Shown piece by piece: positions 17,705 through 26,522 of a stretch of 64,000 nucleotides of DNA. The stretch comes from Flavobacteriales bacterium. GTDB lineage: Bacteria > Bacteroidota > Bacteroidia > Flavobacteriales_C > GCA-002722245. The first letter of the stretch is position 1. Every line of letters starts with the position of its first letter. The notes beneath the pieces are model-generated. The model was not told where the DNA came from. It did not search any database and worked only from the letters and a program-made list of their open reading frames with translations. Both the position numbers and the translations under genes were made by a program. Where the stretch lies: contig JAYPYW010000002.1 in NCBI GenBank assembly GCA_038154685.1, positions 51,070 through 115,069 of the forward strand, given 5' to 3'.

Positions 17705-19534
17705 TTGCCAACCCCCCAGATTATGAAGAACTTATACTCAGTTTTAGCTTTTATTCTAGGATTTTCAGTGGTTAACGCTCAGGAAACTCATTTTTGTGCA
17801 AGTGATTTTGCCCAAAAAAGTTATATCAATAAACATCCTGAAGCAAAAGGTTTATTTAAATCTGCAGAGAAATTAATTCAAAAAAATATAGCCAACGGTT
17901 TAATTTATAAAACCGGAGAAGAAATTTATAAAATCCCAGTTGTAGTGCATATTATGCACTTAGGAGAGGATGTTGGAGTTGGAAATAATATTTCTGATGC
18001 TCAAATTCAAAGTGGGATGGACCAACTTAATGCGGCATTCCGAAATGAGAGCGGTTTAGGGATTGATATAGGAATTGAATTTGGTTTAGCAATCCAAGAT
18101 CCTAATGGTGAAGCAACAACCGGTATAGTTAGATACAACGCTTCTGGATTAGGAGATTATTCAACCGGAGGTATTTCTTTAGGTGGTGATGGAGTTGACG
18201 AAGTAACTTTAAAAGCTGCAAGTAAATGGCCAAAAGACCAATATTATAATATCTGGATTGTTTCTGAAATTAACGGAAATGATGGAGGTGTTGGATCTCA
18301 AGGTTTTGCATACTTACCTGGAGCTTCAGCTACTTATGATGGTGCAGTAATTCTAAATACTGCATGGGGTAGTGTTGGAACGATTAATAGCTGGAATGAT
18401 TTAGGGACAACAATTATTCACGAATTAGGTCACGCCCTTGGTTTATATCATACTTTCCAAGTTCAAGATGATGCGGATACAACGGCAAATGGTTGCCCGA
18501 TTAACTCAGATTGTTCTAGTCAAGGTGATTTATGTTGTGATACTGATCCTCACAAAGTAAGCGCAAGTTTTACTTGTGACACTGCTGAAATCAACGAATG
18601 TACGGGGAGCCCACTTGGAAATGTAGTAAGAAATTATATGGACTATTCAGATCAGGAATGTCAGGTTATGTTCTCTTCTGACCAAAAAGCGAGAATGAGA
18701 GCAACTTTAGAAGGTCCTAGGAATGGTTTATTAATCTCTCGTGGATTAGATAACCCAATTGCGGCTTGTACAAACCCAGTAGCAATAAGCTGTGAACCAA
18801 CAAGTGGAACTTTTGGTATGTCGATAGATTACACTGGGATTATGACATTTGAAATTGAAGATGAAATGATTAGTAACAGTAGTGTTCCAAGACTAGACGG
18901 AGGTTACTTAGATAATACTGGAAGTTGTGTTTTAACTTCGTTTTTATCGCTTGATTCTACTTATAAATTCAAGTTCGATCTTTTTGGGACTAATAACTCT
19001 TACTTAAAAGCTTGGATTGATTATGATAACTCTGGAACTTTTGATGCAGGAGAATTAGTTTACGATGAAATAAATATTGGTGGTGCGGATGACTCGGCTA
19101 ACGTTACAATTCCAAATGATGCTGTAATTGATCAGTTTTTAAGATTAAGAGTAATGATTGAATTACTTAAAGAACCTTCAGACGCTTGTTATGATCCTGA
19201 ATATGGACAAGCTGAAGACTATACAGTTTTCTTTTACGATCCTGAATTAATTACTTCAAAGAGCATTGAAGAAACTATTGGAGTTCACAATTTATCTATC
19301 TTTCCTAATCCAACAAGTGATTTTATCAATGTGAAATTTTATTACTCAGGAACAGATGAGAATATTACATTGTTAGTTCATGATATTTCAGGAAAACTAG
19401 TTAAAACCGTTACCATTAATAAAGCCTTATCTATCAATACTCAAATAAATGTATCTGATTTAAATGCGGGTATTTACAATGTTTCAATCCGAAATAACAA
19501 CGGACAAACAAACCAAAATTTTATCGTAAAATAA
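17705..19534 (+). CDS. Secreted zinc metalloprotease, M43 (pappalysin/cytophagalysin-like), with a T9SS type-A C-terminal sorting domain
   Basis: Signal peptide (the likely start is the Met at 17723, MKNLYSVLAFILGFSVVNAQ). Metzincin motif HELGHALGLYHTF with a Cys-rich region. C-terminus is ...LSIFPNPTSDFINVKF...GIYNVSIRNNNGQTNQNFIVK. Confidence 0.7.
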   Translation: MPTPQIMKNLYSVLAFILGFSVVNAQETHFCASDFAQKSYINKHPEAKGLFKSAEKLIQKNIANGLIYKTGEEIYKIPVVVHIMHLGEDVGVGNNISDAQIQSGMDQLNAAFRNESGLGIDIGIEFGLAIQDPNGEATTGIVRYNASGLGDYSTGGISLGGDGVDEVTLKAASKWPKDQYYNIWIVSEINGNDGGVGSQGFAYLPGASATYDGAVILNTAWGSVGTINSWNDLGTTIIHELGHALGLYHTFQVQDDADTTANGCPINSDCSSQGDLCCDTDPHKVSASFTCDTAEINECTGSPLGNVVRNYMDYSDQECQVMFSSDQKARMRATLEGPRNGLLISRGLDNPIAACTNPVAISCEPTSGTFGMSIDYTGIMTFEIEDEMISNSSVPRLDGGYLDNTGSCVLTSFLSLDSTYKFKFDLFGTNNSYLKAWIDYDNSGTFDAGELVYDEINIGGADDSANVTIPNDAVIDQFLRLRVMIELLKEPSDACYDPEYGQAEDYTVFFYDPELITSKSIEETIGVHNLSIFPNPTSDFINVKFYYSGTDENITLLVHDISGKLVKTVTINKALSINTQINVSDLNAGIYNVSIRNNNGQTNQNFIVK

Positions 19535-19539
19535 GGTCG

Positions 19540-21297
19540 TTAAATTCTACTTTGGTAGGTAAACAATTGGTAGTACCTACCTTCTTGTGCAATTAATTCA
19601 TCATGAGTTCCGCTCTCTTCGATTTTTCCTTGTTCAATAACCAGGATTTTAGAAGCAGCACGGATTGTACTTAATCTATGGGCAATAACAAAAGTTGTTC
19701 TACCCTCCATTAATTTGGCTAAACTCTTTTGAATCAACGCTTCACTTTCGGTATCTAAGTTGGAAGTGGCTTCATCTAAAATGATAATTTTTGGATCTGC
19801 TAAAACTGCTCTTGCAATGGCAATTCTCTGTCGCTGACCGCCAGATAATTTAACTCCTCTCTCTCCAATAAGCGTTTCTAGGCCGTCCTCAAAACGATCA
19901 GTAAACTCATCAACGTAGGCTGACTTAACTGCATTTTCCAGCTCTTCCTCAGTGGCATTTGGACGTGGGAATAAAATGTTTTCTTTTATTGTTCCTTCAA
20001 ACAAGAAATCATCCTGTAATACAACCCCTAAATACTGTCGGAAACTCGATAATTTAACCTTACTTAAATCTACACCATCAATTGAAACCTCTCCTGAAGT
20101 TGGATTCAAGAAACTAGCCGCCAAACCAGCAATTGTAGATTTACCACTTCCGGATGTCCCAACTAAAGCTGTTACACTGCCTTTTGGCGCTTTAAAACTC
20201 AAGTTATGAATCACTTCTTTCCCCTCTTCATAGCTGTAAGAAACATCCTTAAACTCAATATTTCCTTCAATTTTATCCAATGCAATGGATCTTACTGCAT
20301 CATCGTCTTCAGGATCCAAATTCATTATTTCCTCTGTTCTATCTAACCCTGCGAAAGCTTCGGTCATTTGGGATCCTATATTACTCATTTGAACTATAGG
20401 TGCGATCATAAAACCAAGAAATAATGTAAAAGAAATAAATTCTCCCTTAGTCATAGAATCATCTCCGGTTTGCATCATGAAATATCCGCCAATTCCCATA
20501 ATTCCGGCAGATGCTAATCCCAAAAGGAAGGATGAAGAATTAATAATAACTGCATTAGCTGTTAAGCTTTTTCTAATATTTCTAAATAAACGATCTACAC
20601 CTTCTTGAAATATTTTATTTTCTTGCTCTTCGGCATTAAACCCTTTTATAACTCTTACCCCGTTCAAAGTTTCGGTTAATCGTCCAGTAACCTCCGCATT
20701 AATTTGTCCACGCTTTTTAAATATTGGTCGAACGTAGCCAAAAGCTTTAAGCGCAACAACGGCAAATATTATTACTGGAAGTAAAACAAATAATGTCATT
20801 AAGGGATTAATACTAATCAAGAAAACCAGTGATGCAATCGCAGTTAAAGATCCTCCTATTAACTGAACCAAACCTGTTCCGATAATATTTCTAACTCCCT
20901 CTACATCTGTCATAATTCTCGAGACTAATTCACCCGATTTTGTATTATCGAAAAATGCGATTGGTAATGATAAAATCTTCCTTTGAACCTCGGCTCTCAA
21001 TTCCGAAATTAAAAACTGTGCCTCAACACTTAATATTCTTGTTAATAGGAATCCAAAAAGAGATTGAATAAAGAGGGCTCCAACAACTAATAGCAACAAA
21101 GAGTACAATCCTTCCATATCCGAGTTTGGAACGATTTCATCCAATAGCTCTTTACTTTTTGTTGGTAAAACAAGTGCTGCAGCTCTACTCACAACTATTA
21201 AAACTAGTCCAATCAGAACCATCTTTTTCCTTGGCCAGATAATTCTTTTGAAAACCTGTGCAACAGTTACCTTGTTTTTGGATTCAGTTTTTGCCAT
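19540..21297 (-). CDS. ABC exporter, fused permease and ATPase (MsbA/lipid-A-exporter-like)
   Basis: Six-TM N-terminal domain. Walker A GTSGSGKST, signature LSGGQRQR, Walker B IIILDEATS, H-loop. Confidence 0.85.
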   Translation of the reverse strand: MAKTESKNKVTVAQVFKRIIWPRKKMVLIGLVLIVVSRAAALVLPTKSKELLDEIVPNSDMEGLYSLLLLVVGALFIQSLFGFLLTRILSVEAQFLISELRAEVQRKILSLPIAFFDNTKSGELVSRIMTDVEGVRNIIGTGLVQLIGGSLTAIASLVFLISINPLMTLFVLLPVIIFAVVALKAFGYVRPIFKKRGQINAEVTGRLTETLNGVRVIKGFNAEEQENKIFQEGVDRLFRNIRKSLTANAVIINSSSFLLGLASAGIMGIGGYFMMQTGDDSMTKGEFISFTLFLGFMIAPIVQMSNIGSQMTEAFAGLDRTEEIMNLDPEDDDAVRSIALDKIEGNIEFKDVSYSYEEGKEVIHNLSFKAPKGSVTALVGTSGSGKSTIAGLAASFLNPTSGEVSIDGVDLSKVKLSSFRQYLGVVLQDDFLFEGTIKENILFPRPNATEEELENAVKSAYVDEFTDRFEDGLETLIGERGVKLSGGQRQRIAIARAVLADPKIIILDEATSNLDTESEALIQKSLAKLMEGRTTFVIAHRLSTIRAASKILVIEQGKIEESGTHDELIAQEGRYYQLFTYQSRI

Positions 21298-21660
21298 GAA
21301 ACAAAGCTAGTAGAAATAAAACGAGGAAGAGATTAAAATTTGACAAACGGACAAAAAAGAAAAGTGCCGGTTCCATCAACCTTTGGGGTGTAAATCTTGG
21401 GGTGAGCACTCCGATAATTTGGGGGTTATCATCGAAAAACGATTTGTTGATAGAACCGACACTTTATACGAGTTAAGTGTGTGTGGTGTGTATGAAAGAA
21501 CGTTGTGTGTGTTAAGTTTTAGTTCGTTGGCGTTTGATAACCAATCTAACTATATAATTGTACCTCCCTTTTTCTTTTTTGGTGAAGACTTTTCTGTTCC
21601 GATTGAGTTTGTTTCTGTGAAACCTTGAATCCCTTCTGCGAAATTTAATCGCCCGCGGTC

Positions 21661-21690
21661 AAAAAAAATCCCCCTGTGGGTGCAGGGGGA
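21661..21690 (-). terminator. Rho-independent terminator, minus sense
   Basis: On the minus strand the sequence reads tccccctgcacccacaggggga followed by tttttttt. It lies about 215 nt downstream of the gcvH stop. Confidence 0.4.
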
Positions 21691-21906
21691 TCAGAATATT
21701 ATTGTCGAACTTAAGATTTTAAACTCTAAATTAGGGTACTTAGCGTTCGGGTTAGTTATGCCGACAATAACAACTTAACATAGGGGTTATTATAGTGCAA
21801 ATATAACTACCGTTTCCGCCTTGATCAAGAAAAGCATTATTAAAAAAGTGTTAAAATTACTTAACAACGATTGTTAACAAAAACGTTTCCTGAAAATCCC
21901 TGGCAA

Positions 21907-22284
21907 TTAACCAATTAAAGATTGGTAGTCTTCAGCTGATAGTAAACCATCAAATTGTGATGGATCAGAAACTTTTACTTTAATCATCCAACCTTCTCCG
22001 TATGGATCTTCATTAACTGTTTCTGGAGCATCTTCAATAGCTTCATTTAACTCCAAAATTTCACCAGTTAATGGTAAAAACAAATCTGATACAGTTTTTA
22101 CTGCCTCTACTGTACCAAAAACTTCTTCAGCATCTAAAGTTTCACCAATTGTTTCAACCTCAACATATACAATATCTCCTAACTCACCTTGGGCAAAATC
22201 AGTGATTCCAATAGTTGCAATATCACCTTCTAATTTAACCCACTCGTGGTCCTTAGTATACTTTAATTCAGCTGGAATATTCAT
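21907..22284 (-). CDS. gcvH: Glycine cleavage system H protein
   Basis: 125 aa. Lipoyl-lysine context ...[12 protein letters not shown]... and C-terminal EGWMIKVKV. This is the typical GcvH sequence. Confidence 0.9.
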   Translation of the reverse strand: MNIPAELKYTKDHEWVKLEGDIATIGITDFAQGELGDIVYVEVETIGETLDAEEVFGTVEAVKTVSDLFLPLTGEILELNEAIEDAPETVNEDPYGEGWMIKVKVSDPSQFDGLLSAEDYQSLIG

Positions 22285-22303
22285 ATCTTATTTTTTAGTG
22301 AAA

Positions 22304-22311
22304 CAAAGATA
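22304..22311 (-). promoter_or_regulatory. Candidate Bacteroidetes sigma-A '-7' box (TAnnTTTG) for gcvH
   Basis: The minus strand reads ...tttTATCTTTGtttcactaaaaaataagatATG. TATCTTTG matches the Bacteroidetes -7 consensus about 22 nt upstream of the start codon. I found no clear -33 element. Confidence 0.25.
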
Positions 22312-22634
22312 AAAATTTGATTGATCGAAGCACATTTTAAGGCACAAAAAAAGGAAGAACTTTCATTCTTCCTTTAATTTCCTAACCAAGGATTACTAAG
22401 TGTTAAAAAGGGTACAAAGGTTAGGGTTTGAACTTAATCAAACAATTGGGGGTTATTTTTCATCAGACTCAAATAAGTCTTTAATTTGCTGTAAAAAGTA
22501 TACTAAATTCACCATAGGTCGTTGTTTATATTATAAAGAAACTATTTAAGTCCTTCAAAATCAATCATACAGACCTATGTTTTCACATTTTCTTAACCGA
22601 ATAAAAAAATATTAATTAGCTGACTTTAAGGTTT

Positions 22635-23579
22635 TTAAAAATCAAAATTAACACTTACAGCTTCTTGGAAAGCAGCTAGGTTTTTTGCTTTTTTTATGCG
22701 TTTGTGGGCTTTATTTGGATTTGGGAATTGAGTAGCAAAATACTCCCAAAAGGAAAGCATCTTTAAAATGATTTGACGATCACCCTGAAGTACATTAGAA
22801 TAGTCTTCATAAAGCGAATCATGAAAGGCCCTAAATACTTCCCATCTATCTGTAGGGTAGGACGTTTGATTGTTTTTAATCATATCGGCTAAAAAAGGAT
22901 CTTTCACTAACCCTCTTCCAATCATCCAATTATTAATCGAAGGGAACCTTTTCTTTAAAATTTGAAAATCTTCCACGGAATTTAAATCGCCATTATACGT
23001 AAGAGGAGTTTGAGAAATTTGAATACATTCCTCGAATCGATCTAAATCAACACTTGGTTTATACAACTGTTTTGCAAATCTTGCGTGGATTATTAGCTCT
23101 GTAATTGGGTATTTATTCAAAACAGGAATGACCTCTAATATCTCAGAGGTAGACTCATAACCCATCCTCATTTTCAATCCTAATTTGATATCTGATTTAG
23201 AAAAAACCTGATCCAATAACCGGTCAATCTCTTCAGGATCATTCAACATTCCAGCACCAAGATTCCTTTTCGCCACCATAGGATAAGGGCAGCCCATATT
23301 CCAATTTATCTCATCGTATCCCAAACTTTGCACATAATCTGCAACCAAAAGAAAATCATCAATATTATTTACCATTAACTGAGGCATTACCTCCATATAA
23401 CGGTTATTTTCGAGCAGAATATCTTTCTTTTGATTATACTTAATTTCCTTTTGATTAGTTAGCCTAATGTAGGGAGCATAACACTTATCAACTCCACCAA
23501 AAAACTGAAAAAAAGCATTACGAAACCGAAAGTCAGTAAAACTTTGCAGAGGCGCAATAGATATCTTATCTGGAATCAT
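22635..23579 (-). CDS. tRNA-dihydrouridine synthase (Dus family) TIM-barrel flavoprotein
   Basis: Contains the Dus signature N-x-GCP (EINWNMGCPYPMVAKRNLGAGML) and downstream K/R-rich barrel strands. Length is 314 aa. Confidence 0.65.
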   Translation of the reverse strand: MIPDKISIAPLQSFTDFRFRNAFFQFFGGVDKCYAPYIRLTNQKEIKYNQKKDILLENNRYMEVMPQLMVNNIDDFLLVADYVQSLGYDEINWNMGCPYPMVAKRNLGAGMLNDPEEIDRLLDQVFSKSDIKLGLKMRMGYESTSEILEVIPVLNKYPITELIIHARFAKQLYKPSVDLDRFEECIQISQTPLTYNGDLNSVEDFQILKKRFPSINNWMIGRGLVKDPFLADMIKNNQTSYPTDRWEVFRAFHDSLYEDYSNVLQGDRQIILKMLSFWEYFATQFPNPNKAHKRIKKAKNLAAFQEAVSVNFDF

Positions 23580-23625
23580 ATACTACCAGTGGTTTCCTCA
23601 AAATTACCATTTATTAGCGTGAGTT

Positions 23626-24462
23626 GTGTTTAGTTTTAAATTTCTAAACCTACTAATTATGAAAAAGAACACTATCATTAGGGCATCCCTTGTCCTTTTG
23701 CTCGCCTATCCGATATTATCGTCAATTTTGGCTTTTAGTTGGGAAGCACAGATGGGTAAAACAGGATCGCCAGGAGATGGAACCGATTGTAGGAGTTGCC
23801 ATTATCAGGACCGAACAGCAGAAACTAAAGAAATGTTATTCGATGTTATTTCAACAAATATTCCAGAGGATGGATATGTTCCAAATGAAGAATACGAAAT
23901 AACCATATCTGGAATTTCAACCCCAGGAGCAATCAAATATGGTTTTGCTATGACTTCTGAAAATTCTGAAAACGAAAAAGTAGGGGTTTTTGATGATAAC
24001 GGAGCGCCAGGAATAAAAGCTTATACTAAAACCATTGGGCATGCGCCTGCAAGTGAGGATAGTGATCCAAATTGGACTTTCACTTGGACAGCTCCAGAAA
24101 TAGGAACAGGTGTCGTAACTTTTTATGCCGCTTTTGTTATCTCAACCGAAGGGTTCTTTAATGCTCCAGTAAAATTCTCTGAAGTTTCTATTAAAGAAGA
24201 CATTGGTGTTTCAGTTAAAAAAATAAATAATAATGAATTTGATTTATTCATTAGCAACAACGCTTTAAATATCATTTCTAATGGAGAGGTATTCTTAAAA
24301 AAAGTGACAATAGTTAACAATATAGGACAGTATATAACAGAAAGAAATTTGAATACCTTCTCCCCAGAAAATTCAATTGATATTTCTGCACTTAATTCGG
24401 GATTATTCTTTGTTAGGTTAGCAACCAACAGTGGAGTAATCACAAAGAAAGTAATGAAATAA
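23626..24462 (+). CDS. Secreted T9SS type-A cargo protein with an N-terminal TGSPGD-x4-CxxCH motif (possible single haem-c site, Reeler-like domain). Paralog of 25434..26234.
   Basis: Signal peptide (the likely start is the Met at 23659, MKKNTIIRASLVLLLAYPILSSILA). Conserved blocks MGKTGSPGDGTDCRSCHY, KYGF.MT.E, W.FTWTAP..GTG.VT.YAA.V. C-terminal sorting domain ...ISALNSGLFFVRLATNSGVITKKVMK. Confidence 0.5.
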   Translation: MFSFKFLNLLIMKKNTIIRASLVLLLAYPILSSILAFSWEAQMGKTGSPGDGTDCRSCHYQDRTAETKEMLFDVISTNIPEDGYVPNEEYEITISGISTPGAIKYGFAMTSENSENEKVGVFDDNGAPGIKAYTKTIGHAPASEDSDPNWTFTWTAPEIGTGVVTFYAAFVISTEGFFNAPVKFSEVSIKEDIGVSVKKINNNEFDLFISNNALNIISNGEVFLKKVTIVNNIGQYITERNLNTFSPENSIDISALNSGLFFVRLATNSGVITKKVMK

Positions 24463-24465
24463 AAA

Positions 24466-24500
24466 AAGCCCTGGGAAAAAACACCCAGGGTCTACTAGCA
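24466..24500 (-). terminator. Rho-independent terminator (minus sense) retained 3' of the decayed T9SS relic
   Basis: ccctggg/cccaggg stem. On the minus strand it is followed by a T7 run (the complement of aaaaaaa at 24461-24467). Confidence 0.4.
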
Positions 24501-24516
24501 AAACAAAAGAAAACCA

Positions 24517-24633
24517 CTATTTCTTCACAACATTAATTGCGCTAGAAACAGAATTGTTAGATAGTGTTACCACATAAGTACCACCTGCTAATTCATTTAA
24601 ATCAACCCAAATTATGGTTAGTTTAATTATGAT
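24517..24633 (-). pseudogene. Relic 3' end of a T9SS type-A cargo gene. Only the last ~38 codons (the sorting domain) survive.
   Basis: The minus frame translates as IIIKLTIIWVDLNELAGGTYVVTLSNNSVSSAINVVKK-stop, a recognisable T9SS C-terminal beta-strand pattern. It is preceded in frame by TAA TAA and has no start codon. The region further upstream is the ECF sigma promoter region. Confidence 0.5.
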
Positions 24634-24722
24634 TTATTAATTAGCTGTTAGACGAAGTTTATCAAACGAACGCTTCATTTTGTTTAATTTTTTTGTAAAT
24701 TGTTTAAACAAAACTGAAAGTT

Positions 24723-25313
24723 ATGATTTCATCAACCCTACAATCAAAGCGTAAAACACAACTAAATCAAATAGTTGAAGACTTGAAAAATGGTAAATCA
24801 GAAAGCCTAAAGTTTATATTTAAAAACTATAGTGCTTTATTTTTTAGCATTGCCAAATCATATTCCAATAACCCTGAAATTGTAAAAGATTTAGTTCAGG
24901 AAGGTGTTATAAAAGTGTATTATAATATTCATAAATACCGCAATAACGGGAACTTTGAAGGGTGGATGAAAAGGATCATTACTAATTACTGTATAGATTA
25001 TACAAGAAGCGCTCAAGCTAAACATGATAAGTTAGCCTATCATAGCAAACTCGGTGAAGAATGGGAAAGCAATCAATTCAAAGCAAAGCAAAATAATGAT
25101 ACTGCTTTAATTTTAAACGATCTTGAAGAAGCAATAGAATTGTTGCCTAAAGGATATAGAAGCGTTTTGAAGTATTACTGTATTGATGGATACTCTCATA
25201 AAGAAATTGGTGAAATGCTTGGAATTGAAGCTAGTTCTTCAAGAAGTCAGTTGATGAAAGCTAAACTTAAATTAAAAGAAATCTTAAAAGACAAAGAAAT
25301 CCTAATCGATTAA
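24723..25313 (+). CDS. ECF-subfamily RNA polymerase sigma-70 factor
   Basis: Region 2 (LVQEGVIKVYYNIHKYRNNGNFEGWMKRIITNYCIDYTR) and region 4 helix-turn-helix (YSHKEIGEMLGIEASSSRSQLMKAKLKLKEIL). 196 aa. No anti-sigma gene follows. Confidence 0.8.
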   Translation: MISSTLQSKRKTQLNQIVEDLKNGKSESLKFIFKNYSALFFSIAKSYSNNPEIVKDLVQEGVIKVYYNIHKYRNNGNFEGWMKRIITNYCIDYTRSAQAKHDKLAYHSKLGEEWESNQFKAKQNNDTALILNDLEEAIELLPKGYRSVLKYYCIDGYSHKEIGEMLGIEASSSRSQLMKAKLKLKEILKDKEILID

Positions 25314-25433
25314 TAATAATTCCTTTTCATACATTATGACCGAAATCCTTTTGGATAGTAGGTCTTTTTTATGTGATTTATTTTAGTAAGTCAAAGATTT
25401 TAAAGATCTTACGGATTCCAAAACTAAAACGAT

Positions 25434-26234
25434 ATGAAAATTAACTTTAAAAAATTAGGAACTATAGCCGCAGTTACAGCCTTAATTGCTGGGCCAACAT
25501 TTGACGTTATATCAAATTCTGGAAGTGCACCAACTGGAAGAACTGGTTCACCAGGAGACAGTGGTAACACTTGTGCTGGATGCCACAGTAGCTTTGGAGC
25601 AGCGGTTCCTACTGCGGATGGAATAACTACAGACATTCCAGTTGATGGTTATACTCCAGGTGAAACTTATAATATTTCTATCACAACTACTGCTGGGGCT
25701 GGTTTAGCTTCAAAATATGGATTCTCTTTAACTGCTGAAGATGCATCAAATACCAAAGTTGGAACTTTTACAGCCGGTACTGGATCTGTTGTTGTTGGTG
25801 ATCACATTGGACATAACCCTGCACAAACTACATCAACCCCTTTATGGGAATTTACTTGGACTGCTCCTGCAGAAGGAACCGGAGATGTTACTTTATACGC
25901 AGCTGCCGTTGGTGCCGATGGTACAGGAAGTCCAGTAAATGATGGTGTTGCTACTACAAATAAAACTTTTAGTGAAAATATCTCAAGCTCAACTTCTGAA
26001 TTAACTAATTCGAATGTTGATGCATATGTTTTTAATAATAGTTTAAGAATTAACGCTGATCAATCAATAAACGTTAAAACGTTAAATATTTATAATGAAG
26101 TTGGACAAGTTGTAATTTCAAAAGCTAATACAACTATTAACCAAACAATTGATATTTCTAACTTGAAAGCAGGTGTTTACTTTGTAAATATCGTTTCAGA
26201 TCAAGGAATTGTTTCGAAGAAGGTAATTAAGTAG
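25434..26234 (+). CDS. Secreted T9SS type-A cargo protein with an N-terminal TGSPGD-x4-CxxCH motif. Paralog of 23626..24462.
   Basis: Signal peptide MKINFKKLGTIAAVTALIAG. Blocks GRTGSPGDSGNTCAGCHS, KYGFSLTAED, WEFTWTAPAEGTGDVTLYAAAV. C-terminus ...ISNLKAGVYFVNIVSDQGIVSKKVIK. Confidence 0.5.
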   Translation: MKINFKKLGTIAAVTALIAGPTFDVISNSGSAPTGRTGSPGDSGNTCAGCHSSFGAAVPTADGITTDIPVDGYTPGETYNISITTTAGAGLASKYGFSLTAEDASNTKVGTFTAGTGSVVVGDHIGHNPAQTTSTPLWEFTWTAPAEGTGDVTLYAAAVGADGTGSPVNDGVATTNKTFSENISSSTSELTNSNVDAYVFNNSLRINADQSINVKTLNIYNEVGQVVISKANTTINQTIDISNLKAGVYFVNIVSDQGIVSKKVIK

Positions 26235-26255
26235 ATTAATACTTATAAAACATTA

Positions 26256-26288
26256 AATGGCCAGGTAAAATCTGGCCATTTTTTTTGC
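26256..26288 (+). terminator. Rho-independent terminator
   Basis: The sequence is aatggccaggtaaaatctggccatt followed by ttttttt. Confidence 0.55.
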
Positions 26289-26522
26289 CTAATTTTTAAA
26301 AAGAAACCGATCCAAATATTAATATTTTATATACTTTTCCCATTAAGTCTCTTACACCCCTTTAATATAGGGCCTTGAACATTTTGCAGACTTTGCATTT
26401 TGTGCAAATTGGTTTGTAATTTGGGTATTATAACCAATAATATCAATCTTATTTCACATTACATCAATTAAAGAGTAATTTGATATAATAACTTGGCTAC
26501 TGTAACCCATAAATAAATTACT

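Noticed and set aside
21383-21628. 81-aa ORF in the gcvH / ABC-exporter spacer
   Set aside because: It starts inside a GT-rich, low-complexity stretch, has no signal or motif, and has no neighbouring gene on its strand. The region is better interpreted as non-coding.
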